Position numbers and translations under genes: made by a program. DNA of 64,000 bases from Azolla caroliniana (lineage: Eukaryota > Plantae > Polypodiophyta): NCBI GenBank assembly GCA_043228905.1, contig JBHGNT010000022.1:8370001-8434000 (forward strand), read 5' to 3'. The notes beneath the pieces were generated by a model that saw nothing but the letters and a program-made list of their open reading frames with translations, made no database searches and was not told where the DNA came from. Position 1 is the stretch's first letter, and every line of letters begins with the position of its first letter. Shown here piece after piece: positions 25,710 through 36,001 of the stretch.

Positions 25710-28700
25710 ATGCCTCTCGCAGCATCGCAGGAATCCCGTTCTTGGCTCCAACAACGAGGACTGGGCAGGTACTTACGGGTCATCAACGCACCAGCGCACC
25801 CGGACGCCCCAGCAATAGCACGCAGAATCCACTCGGACACAGTAACAAACAACATGATTCACATTGCCTTGGACCTTGTGCGAGGCGGAGACCATGAGGC
25901 CAAAATCCCTCCCCACTCAACCCTCAAGGAATAGTTTGGGATGTATTCGATGTCGGGAAAAGCTTACCACACGTACGGAGGGCCAAACAAGGCTTTTGGG
26001 GAGATCGCCCGGATTTTGATGGAATACGCATTTGTGCATACAAATCCCACGAGTATGCCACAGAATAAGGCTGCCATCATCATCAGAGTGTACGAAGGCG
26101 ACAAAATCGATTAGGGAATCATCATCGGCGAAGGAGTCCGTGCGGCGCTTGAATCTTTTCAAACCGGTAAGCGATTGTTGCCTGTGATTAATCATTTCCT
26201 CACAGTCCTCTACCCACCTCCTTCGGTTTCCCCTCGTCGCATCCTTACCTCCCCACCACCACCACGGAAACAACGGGAGAAGATTTTTGCGTTAACCCAA
26301 GAAGAATGGGAAGACCCCTTGCCTTCTCCACCTCCCTCGCCGTTCGGAACCCTACTTCCGCCTCGGCACCACCCCCACCAAAAATACAGAAGCAACGGGC
26401 GTTAACAGCAACCCGTGTCGAATGGGATGAGGCCGAGGAGCCCATCACCGAGGATGTCACCATACGACAAAAGCCACCAAGGACATTGATGCCCTCTCCA
26501 CAACCGAGCCCATGCCCCACAAATTAGCAGCCCTCGAGCATACGGCAACAAAAGAGGCAACAAGTAGAGCCAACACCATTGGCCCCGGACTCATAGGATC
26601 AGCCACAAAAAAGACGATGCATCAATCGAGAGTCAACCACAGAAACCGAGGGCACCCAGCATCAGAAATCAAAAGAGGTCAGCATGACCTCCATGGCCAT
26701 GGTACCAGTGGAGTCATGGCTCCAAGTAGGTAGGATCGAGCATGGACAAACCACACAGATATTAGACGAGGAAGTCCTCGGTTACAAAGACCTCCCCGTA
26801 GAGGCATACGAGTTCAGTGCACTACTTCAACTGGGCAAAACATATGAGTTAATGGATTTCCTCACGCACGCCCAAGAAGTTGTCACCGCTCGTATGGCCG
26901 AGAAGCACGCGGAAACAAAGATGATCCAACACGCTCTAATGGGAGAACTCGAACCTCACGAGGATCGATCCTTACAGAAGATAGGGCGGAAGAAGCAAGC
27001 ACAGAATGCTTCTCTCCTCATGGAGTTACCAAATTTGAACACGGCCTTAGTCGAGGCATATCGAAATCTGCACCACACAACTCAGGCAGCCAAGGACATG
27101 GCCCGACGTGTCAAAACGACATAGCAGCAAGCCAAACGGGCCACCGAGCTATGGCAAGCCGCCGAGCAGAGACTGGCGTCATTAGAGCAGCAACATCAAG
27201 AACAGCCGCTCTTAAGCTACACTGCCCGAGTAACGATGTCCCACTAGCCCCTCTTCCGAACTCAAGCCTGAGTACTACTGTTACCGAAGCACACATCGAC
27301 GACACAGCTCACCCCAGGGTAGTCACGGTTGATGCAAGCACAATGAAGGATTCGGTACAAATAAGCAAACCATCGTCACGGGCAGAGATAAGCCCGCAAC
27401 CCCAAACCAGCCACGCTTCCACGCAAACGTCACCACCACCTGTCGTCATGGAAAGATCTACACAGACAGATAGGGAGCCCACTCCCCGGAACCAGTAAGC
27501 TTCAACCCAGACAAGACCTCCCCTCTGTGACTACCAAGAGGAGCCTAAGGCCCAGATCGCTCTGACCAAGTTAGAAAAACAAAACCACAACAACATTATT
27601 GGCCAACTACGAGAACAAGTTGTGGGCCATGAAGCTGACCTCAAGCGATTGCTGGCTGAAAGCTCAGCCGCACTCAAAGAACAAGAAAGAGAGGTGATGA
27701 CCCTTCAGGTCTCTATCATCGAGGCCAAAGAACGATTCATCAAAGAAGTAGAGTGGAATAGCCAACGGGAACGCGAGCTATTCGCAGACAACCAGGAATT
27801 ACGCCGTCAACAAAGGGCATTAGAAGAATTGGCAAACGAGCACATGCAAAAGTGGAGGATCTCTGAAGAGCAAAGGGCAAAAATTTCCGATGCGTATCAC
27901 CAATTGCAAACAGAGCACATCGCCGCCAGAGAATGACATCGGGACGCTTGGAGACAGGACATGGACGAAATTGTAGCTCAGCTCACCAAACGTTACGAGC
28001 GGACAATCGTGCTCATAACCAAAAAAGCAAAAGATAACCAAGCTACTTTAACGCTCCTCGTCTGCAAAAGCCAAGAAGATGCCAAGGCCGCAAGGGAGGA
28101 AGTGGAAGTTCACCGAGCTAGCATCGGCATGGACGATACTAAAATAAAGATCTTGATCGACAAGTATCGCCAGCAATTCACCAAGAAGATCGAGGAAACG
28201 CTTGACCGTGTCTGGTAGGAGTGGTCAACCCAAGCCGCGGAACTACACATACTACGCGCGGACGCCGAGAACCGACGGAAGGAGGGCCAAGGGTTTTACA
28301 AGATGAATGACACAAGCAGCCAGACCCTCCGTGAAGACTTGACTTAGGAATATCATACCTTAGCAGCATCCCACACCGCGGCCATCGAGCAACTTCTAGA
28401 GGAATTCAACGACGATCTAATGGTGTTCTGTTTAGAAGCCGAAGCTTACAAGGAGGAACGCCTAGCTACCGGGACTAACAAATCTCCCACAACCGATGAG
28501 CAAGAACCTGAGCCAACCACCACAGAAGCTAGACAGGAGGAACCTGCCCGTACAGATCCCCACATCCCAATCGAGCCACAAACTACAACCACAACCCTAC
28601 CTAAATCGGAACCAACAGAGGGTGGCGTACCGACGACACAACCATCCCCGACTTGGCAGCAAAACCTCCATCACCAACCCCACCTTCCGAGCAGCCAGAC

Positions 28701-28737
28701 CAACCCCATGCCCCCAAGGATATCCTCGGCATATTAG
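25710..28737 (+). pseudogene. Extra 3' ORF of gypsy F (globular N-terminal part, Pro-rich linker, long coiled-coil), disrupted
   Basis: Chain of + strand ORF pieces (25407-25934, 26175-26527, 26684-27498, 27622-28218, 28420-28737), mostly separated by single stops or frameshifts. Product unknown. Confidence 0.6.
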
Positions 28738-28882
28738 AAGAGGATTAAAACAAACCCATAAGCCCTTGTATAAACGGGCAACTTTTGTAATTTGTTTTTT
28801 TTTTTGCAAAATCCATGGTTATCCCTCCACATTGTGAATCGTGGGTTCGATGGACAAAGTCCTGTCCCACGGATGTGCCAGG

Positions 28883-29371
28883 TGTTGTCCATAGGCCAGA
28901 AATATAAATACATTAGGTAAACTCGTCGGTAGGTAGAATAGTAGGTGAGGAAATAGGTAGAACTAGAAATAGTCGAGTTTTTAGCCCTCACAATCAGCTG
29001 ATGGCTCGGCTCTGTCTGAAGAGGAAAACTATATAACCGAGATCTACATACCTCAGAAGGGACCTAGATTATTTAGTAAGATTACAATCGTAGTACTGGG
29101 CTCTGCACAACCTGTTTCCGGTTGAGAGCCGTGTACTATAATCGTTGTGAGCTTTTCATTTAATATAAATCTCACTCTTATTGTTCCTTCATCTGTGTAT
29201 TCTCCCCGGTACTCGCAACCGAGCTACGTCTATGCCTAAAGGGTTATAGCCCGTGTATGCTCCTCGTTCTCATATCATCTTCTCAGTGTAGAAGAGGCTT
29301 CCACGTAACACGATCCCTTAATACAGATAGCATGTGGGCTCATCGAAGGTGTTCCCCAGAAACGGTTAATA
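28883..29371 (+). repeat. 3' LTR of gypsy F
   Basis: Homologous to 19295-19724; the terminal CA has decayed to TA. Confidence 0.9.
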
Positions 29372-29376
29372 GATAC

Positions 29377-32300
29377 TCGGCCTCCGTGCTCGACAATGCT
29401 ACTGTTGGTTGCTTCTTACTGCTCCACGCAATCTCTGCACTTCCTAGAGAGAATGCGTATCCGGATGTGGATCTACAATCGTGGGCGTTTCCGGCCCAAT
29501 CGGCATCCGTGTAGCCAACTAACTATTCGGCTACGCCTGCCCAATAAAACAACGCCATGTCTTTCGTGTTGCTGACATAACACAGTATCCGTTGCACGCA
29601 CTGAAAGTGTTTGGCCATAGGCTGCGACATGAATTGACTGATTAGGCCAATTGGATAACTAAGATCCGGTCAAGTAATCGTCAGATAGATAAGGCTTCCG
29701 ACAATCTATTGGAACCGTGTCGTGTCACACTCCTTCCCCAAATCTCGGCGGAGCGTTGCGTTTCTATCCAGAGGGGTCGAGATGGGCTTACAGTTTGCCA
29801 TCCCAAACTTGAAGAGCATATTCAGCGCGTAATGACGTTGGCTGATCAATATACCTTCAGGGGTACGAATCACTTCAATCCCGAGGAAGTAATGAAGGTC
29901 TCCGAGATCCTTCATTTCAAACGTGCCGCAAGCTGAGACTTCACGCGGCGGATTTCGTCAAGGTCGGCACCGGCGATAACTAAATCATCAACGTACAAGA
30001 GCAGGCTGACCGGTCCATATTGACCTTGTCGAACAAATAGAGAAGAGTCTGATATCGACAACGCAAACCCCATCCTACGCAACTGTTGCGTAATCTTTGC
30101 CTTCCAAACTCGCGGGCCTTGCTTTAGTCCGTATAAGGACTTCTTCAATCGGCAAACTGCCGAGGTGTTTTGTTCAGATTGAAATTCGGGGAGCTGTACC
30201 ATGTACACCTGCTCCTCAAGATCACCTTGCAGGAACGCGTTCTTTACATCCATCTAATGTAAGTGCCACCCCTTTGTCATTGTTATGGCTAGTAGGACTC
30301 GCATGGTAATCATCTTTACGACAGGTGTGAAGGTCTCGTCATAGTCCACACCGTGCTTCTGTGCGTAGCCTTTCGCTACTAAACAGGCCTTGTCGCAGTT
30401 GACAGAGCCATCAGTGTTGTATTTCACCTTATACACCCATCTGCATCCGATCAGCTTCGCACCTTTCAGTGCGTCAACTAGGTCCCAAGTTTCATTTTCC
30501 GCCAATGCGCGCATCTCTTCCTCCATTGCGGCACGCCAATTCGCGTCTTTCGCCGCTTCTGCGTAGCCCTTCCGCCACTCGCGTCATGTACGCGTAATGG
30601 TGCACCATGTACTCATTATACCTGTATCTCTTTACGGGGTTCTTCAGGCAGGTAGATCAGCGTAATTCGTGATTACCCGATTTCACGACTTTTTCGGCTA
30701 TTGTCGACCTCTTCCGTGGAGGTTCCTTTTCAATTTGCCCGTAGTCTGACTCGCTCCCATCTGACTCGGCATTGCGGAAGTCATATTCCGGCATTTTCTT
30801 CTTGCACGTAAACCGTCTCCTGGGTTCTTTACGCGGGGACATCAGGGTTGAGTCTCCACTACTTGCCGTCTCTACAATAGGTTGGCCATTTCAGCCCAAC
30901 CCCTCATTCAGCCCACTTAGCTTAAATGAGATCAGATTCTCTCTTAGAGCTCCGATTTCCTCATCATGCAGAGGCATCTCAGCCTCGCTGACTTCTTCCT
31001 CAGAATTCGGAATGGAGTCTTGAGGTATTGGAGGTGAAGGCAAGTACCACAAAGCGGACTCGTCGAACACGAAGTCGCGTCTTACGCGTACTTCCTTTGT
31101 TCGAGGGTTATAACACTTATACCCTTTCTGCTCATCTGAATAGCCGACCAAGATACATTTCTCAACTTTAGCATCCAATTTCCTCCTTTTCTCCTTCAGC
31201 ATGTGCACATACGCGATGCTACCGAAAATCCTCAAGTGTGCCAAGTTCAGCTTCTTCCCGAAATACAGCTCATGTGGCAACACTCCTCCATTAGTAGAAG
31301 TCTGATTCTGCAGGTAGACAGCCATCTTCACGGCTTCAGCCCAACAGAATTTTGGCATATGCTTCTCTTCAAGTATTGCCCTAACCGCTTCTTCAATCGT
31401 CTGATTCTTCCGCTCAGCCACGCCATTCTGCTGCAGCGTGTATCTACACGAGAATTCGCGTCGAATTCCCTCCTTCTGTAGATAACTTGTGAACTGGTCA
31501 GAGAAGTACTCCTTCCCGCCATCGGACCGTAGGCATTTGGTCTTACGCCCAATTTCCCTTTCCACAAGGCTCTTCAGGTTCAGGAAACATGGAAAGACTT
31601 CGCTCTTCTTCGCAATTGTGCATACCCACGTGTGCCGAGTGAAGTCGTCGATGAAGGTTACAAAGTAACGGCTTCCACCAAGACTCACGTTCTGTGTCGG
31701 ACCCCACACATCCAAATGGATCAAATACAGCGGACTTCAACTACGATTATGCTCATTGGGGAATGGAAGTCGGTGTTGTTTTCCCATCTGACAGGCTTCA
31801 CAGACTTGGCCATTACGGCCCCGAAATTTCGGCAAGCCGAAAACAATGTTCTTCGTCTACATCTCATGAAGCCGTGGGAAATTTACATGGCCAAACCACT
31901 TTTGCCACAGGTCGATATCCGATTCGACCTTTTGTCCTTTCGCGTACAATGCGGTGTCGGCTTGATTAGTGTCGAGGATAAACATCCTCCCTTCACGGCG
32001 CCCTTGTGCGATCACTTTGCCTTCCTCTTCTATGAAGCAGCTGAGATGCGTAAATCAAACTTGCATACCTTGGTCGACGATCTGTCCGACCGACACAAGG
32101 TTCTTGGTTATTGTTGGGACGTGTAATACGTTCATGAGTTTCCCTTTCTGCCTGACGTGGCTGAGGGGAACTTCTTCGACATGTTCGATGGTATGCGGAG
32201 TGTCTCTCCCGTTTCGACCACTCCTTGCGATTCCGGTTTCTCCAAGTACGAGAACCATTCCTCGTGACTCATCATATGATTTGATGCTCCGGAATCAACA

Positions 32301-33317
32301 TACCACATCTCGCTCGATTTCGAGGTGTTCACGGCCATAGAATTGGCCTTATGCTTCATTACGAAGGCTGGGCCCGATTTGTTTTCGGCTCGTTCAGAGC
32401 CTTCTGCGTAGTGCGATCACTAACGCCTCTCTGCATCTCTTCGGCTCGATCCGGCTTTTTCCGAATCGGCTCTCTTTTTCCAACACTCGCTCTCCTTGTG
32501 GCCTTTTTTGCCACAGTACCAACATTCTGACGCGGCCTTCTCTTGCAGGCTTTCCTGCACCGCCAAGACTCCCCCTGCTTGTGGAGGGTCCGGAACTGTT
32601 GTCGACACATCGATTATGCCGCTTGTTCTGCTCTTGTCAGCCGCCTCCATTGCACGCCGATCCACCTTGTCCACCACGACCACGGGGCCTATCCTCCTCC
32701 GTGTACAACATCTTGTCGTCGGCGTTCATACTCGTCGAAGCACCTGTGTGACTTTCCTCCACGAGTAGCATTGACTGAAGCTCAAAGAACGAAGGCGTAT
32801 TCTCCCTCGTACAGACCACCGTTCGGAAGGGTCTGAACCTGGATGCTAGCCCACCAAGGCAAACCTGCACCATTTCATCTTCCTCAACGTTCACGTTGAC
32901 GGAAGCAAGAGAATTGCAAATTTCCTTGATTCGGGACATGTAATCAGCCACAAACAGATCTTTCTACTAGACATTGTTGAGCTCCTGCCTAAGTTGCAGC
33001 TTCTTGGCCGTTGTGCTTGCAGCGAAAATCTTCTTGAGATTCGCCCACACATCCTTTGGCGTCTTAGCATCCCGTATATAGCTCAATAGCTGGTCGCTCA
33101 CACAGGATGCAAAGCAGTAGAGAACTATGCTTGCTGCTTGTTCCCAAGCCGGAAAATCTCTGTGTGTCGAATTAGGTGCTACATCATTAGCTCCTTCAAC
33201 ATAACTCCAGTAGCCATGGCCAAGCAGGTATTGGTGCATCTTGTACGACCAAGACGCGTAGTTGCTCCTGTTGAGCTTCTCGGTCGGTAGCGAGCTTCCC
33301 ATACCTCTGTCCATATT
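29377..33317 (-). pseudogene. Copia C gag-pol (gag, PR, INT, RT, N-terminal RH), disrupted
   Basis: GSSLPTEKLNRSNYASW, CWYCGKKGHKESEC, WYVDSGASNHM, IHLDVWGP, QQNGVAERKN, LVAKGYAQ, MDVKNAFL, LYVDDL, MKDLGDLHYFLG. Confidence 0.92.
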
Positions 33318-33412
33318 GCTGTCTTTTTCTTTTCCGAACAACTTCAACTCTGTTTTGTCGCAAGTTTTTCTTGTCTACTGCATAGGACTTCAACCCTCTC
33401 GCTCTGATACCA

Positions 33413-33511
33413 CATAACAGAATAGCATGTGCGGAAGCGTATGCGAAACACAGAGTACACAGTTCGGAGGAATAAGACAGTTCGGTAAAACACAGAAAAC
33501 GCAGAGATGGA

Positions 33512-33544
<33 letters not shown>

Positions 33545-33836
33545 CAGACAACAAAAAAACTCAAATTCAAAATAGTGACTCTCTGTGTATATCATACATC
33601 GTGCTCAATGAGCACCTTTTATACAAGCCCTGACAATCGGGCTAACACAAGTACTGACAATATTTGACGCTCATAAATGAGCCGCTACATTCACTCCCAA
33701 TATTATTCCTTTCGAGGAATATCTTTCTAACAGCCTCGCGGTGTTCACACCATTACGGCTTATGTTATGCGTAATGTTTTACGCATGCAGTCTACACACT
33801 GGGTTACGCATCGAACGTTGAGCTTGTCACTCAACA
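33413..33836 (-). repeat. 5' LTR of copia C
   Basis: Adjacent to the Met-i PBS; homologous to 18041-18415. Confidence 0.88.
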
Positions 33837-34177
33837 AATACCTATAATTTTTTAGAGAATAAAAAGTGAGGAATTAATGAACCTTTATTGTATTTTATTT
33901 ATTTATTAAAAATAAAACAAATACTTTTATATTTATTATAAAATTTTATTAGTGTCAAGTCCCTCTTAATGTTCCTTTTTATAGTCCCTCTTTTAATGTC
34001 CCTTTTTATTGTGAAGTCCCTTTTTTTATCCTAGTAAACTAAAAAAGGAGTTCTTGGACTCTCTCTTCTTCTTCTTTTTGGGATAAGCGAATACTTGACC
34101 ATGCATTTGTATGCGTATTCGTATGCATTCGAATGGGAAACCCCACGAATGCAAATATGTCAATCTATGGTTACACC

Positions 34178-35590
34178 AATCCACCGTTGAATTGTGTGTC
34201 TCCAACCAAGATAGCCCCAACACAATCGGATGTCGGGGGGTTGTGATGAGGTACAGCGTGAGTTCCTCCTTATGTGCCCCGACTTGAAGTACCAACATGA
34301 TAATGGCTTTGTTAACCGCCCCCGAAGAGAGAACCCGACCGTCGATCCCTCCAACAGATATGAGTTGTGATGTGCGGACGGTGGGGATATTATGTGCGCG
34401 GACAAACGATTTATCGATAAAGCAAGTAGATGCTCCGGAGTCAAGCAATGCATGAGAATGTATTGAAGTCAAACCAAAACAAAGAATTACTTGCAAAGAA
34501 AACCCTCCTAATGGCGGAACGGGCTTGTAGGAGCATGGAGAATGTGAGTAACGGGAAGCGTCCAACGGCATGGCTCCTACTGCAGCCGAACTTGGTCATT
34601 TTCCTATTGTCAAGGGACCTCCACAAGACGTGCACGGTTGAATTGGTGCCGCGGGCCCCACACCGGGCAGTGGTGGATGACATGGTCGGGGTTGCCACAA
34701 TAGAGACAAAGTCCATTGTCCCGATGATGTTGGCGTTGGGCTTCAGTTAGTGGTTGGAACCGAGTGTGGTCGATCTCCATCGGGGTATGGAAATCGACCT
34801 CCATTGTGGTATGGGTATCACTGGGTGATGGGAAGGTTGGCGTGGGAGACAAGTAGGGCTTGGTTATTGATGCATTTCGGGAAGAAGCCTAAGACCCACG
34901 AGTCCCCCGTTCTTCTTGACGAAGTTTGAAGAGATGGTTGTCACACTAGACAGCTTGGGAGTTTACTTGAGACAATGATGTGGGCTCCGGGAAGTTTAAG
35001 AGAAGAGTCTTGATGTCGTTTCGGAGACCACGACGGAAATGGTCGCATAGGTCTTGGTCGTCCCAACTGACATCGCAGGCAATTTGACGGAACTCCGAGG
35101 CGTAGACCGAGGCTGGACGTGAGCCTTGTTGGAAAGAATAAAGCTTTTTGAGTGTAGTTTGTCGCCGGTCTATCTCGTCAAATGTCGCTTTCTAAGAGAG
35201 GGGATGAGGTCTCGATCAAGGGTGCAAACCACGCTTGCGCCGGCCCGGAGAGAAGTGTGCGGACAAACCCAACCCGAGAAAAGTCGCTAGCATACCGTTG
35301 GGGCTGTAACTGGATGATAAGCTGAATTTGGTTGATGAATCCGCGAAGATATGCCCTCATGTCGTTGAATTTGTCCGATAGGTTGATGGTTGGTTCGAGG
35401 ACATATGGATGGGAAGAGGACGTGGTCGGGCTAGGTGCCGACGGTGGTTGTGACTTCGAGGGTGGTGGATTTCTTGAAGTGTCGGATTGTAACTCTCGTA
35501 ATGATTCCCAAAGAATTTCATTCTCTAACTGAAGTTGCTACAAGGTTGCCATGACTTGGTTTAGGTTGTTGACGGAGCCGAACATGGTAG
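34178..35590 (-). pseudogene. Chromovirus B gag and protease, disrupted
   Basis: LRGFINQIQL...LLSGPAQAWF (retrotransposon gag), PMEID, CLYCGNPDHVIHHC, ALLDSGASTCFID, IVLGLSWL. Confidence 0.88.
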
Positions 35591-35614
35591 CAAGAAGAGG
35601 GGAAGGTGAACGGG

Positions 35615-35624
35615 AGGTGAACAA
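35615..35624 (-). promoter_or_regulatory. Putative self-priming PBS (TTGTTCACCT)
   Basis: Lies 2 nt inside the 5' LTR boundary. Perfect complement of AGGTGAACAA (35734-35725, minus), which starts 33 nt after the TATA box. Confidence 0.7.
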
Positions 35625-35626
35625 AC

Positions 35627-35996
35627 TGTCACGGACAAGTATAATAGAGCATAACGAAGACAAGACTAGAAAACAAGAGAGAGGAAAAGAACAAGATCTC
35701 AACTTATAGAATCCGTAACTAGTGTTGTTCACCTTGATTAGAATCAAGGTGCACCTGAGTATTTATACGAGAAGGTAGGGTTATGTAAGCTATCTAGAAA
35801 TAGAGTATGCATGAGGATGCATGCAATAGAGAATGCATGAGAATGTGTGCAAGCTAGAAATGAGGATGCATGCAAGCTAGGAACTTCCAATGTTCAATCT
35901 ACACTACATGAAGTTAGATTTGGTAGGGTTGCCCAATAGAGACCATGAGGTCTTGGGTTCAATCCCTACCTTCCTCCATGGCATATGTCTATGACA
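35627..35996 (-). repeat. 5' LTR of chromovirus B
   Basis: TGTCACGGAC...ATGACA, with TATAAATA at 35767-35760 on the minus strand. TSD-bounded. Confidence 0.9.
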
Positions 35997-36001
35997 CGAA
36001 C

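Larger units (their letters stand above)
19295..29371 (+). mobile_element. Ty3/gypsy non-chromovirus element F (no aRH seen; Phygy/Selgy/OTA-related) with an extra 3' ORF
   Basis: LTRs 19295-19724 and 28883-29371. PBS TGGCACGCCCAG at about 19730, tRNA-Arg-type as in Tat elements. Near-TSD GATAT/GATAC splits the host TEAEYRGA motif. Confidence 0.9.
18041..33836 (-). mobile_element. Ty1/copia element C (gag related to copia A)
   Basis: LTRs 33413-33836 and 18041-18415. PBS TGGTATCAGAGC at 33401-33412. PPT GAGGGGGAG just inside 18416. Near-TSD AATAT/AATAC. Confidence 0.9.
17678..34169. mobile_element. Non-autonomous hAT-like DNA transposon (MITE, ~0.7 kb of its own sequence) containing nested copia C
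   Basis: 8-bp TSD GTTACACC (17670-17677 and 34170-34177). TIR CATAGATTGACA(C/T)AT. AT-rich halves at 17678-18040 and 33842-34169 with short subterminal repeats. No transposase. Confidence 0.85.
8322..35996 (-). mobile_element. Ty3/gypsy chromovirus B (Tcn1-like) carrying nested insertions
   Basis: TSD CGAAC (8317-8321 and 35997-36001). LTRs 35627-35996 and 8322-9262. gag-PR-RT-RH-INT-chromodomain on the minus strand. No tRNA-type PBS. Confidence 0.9.
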
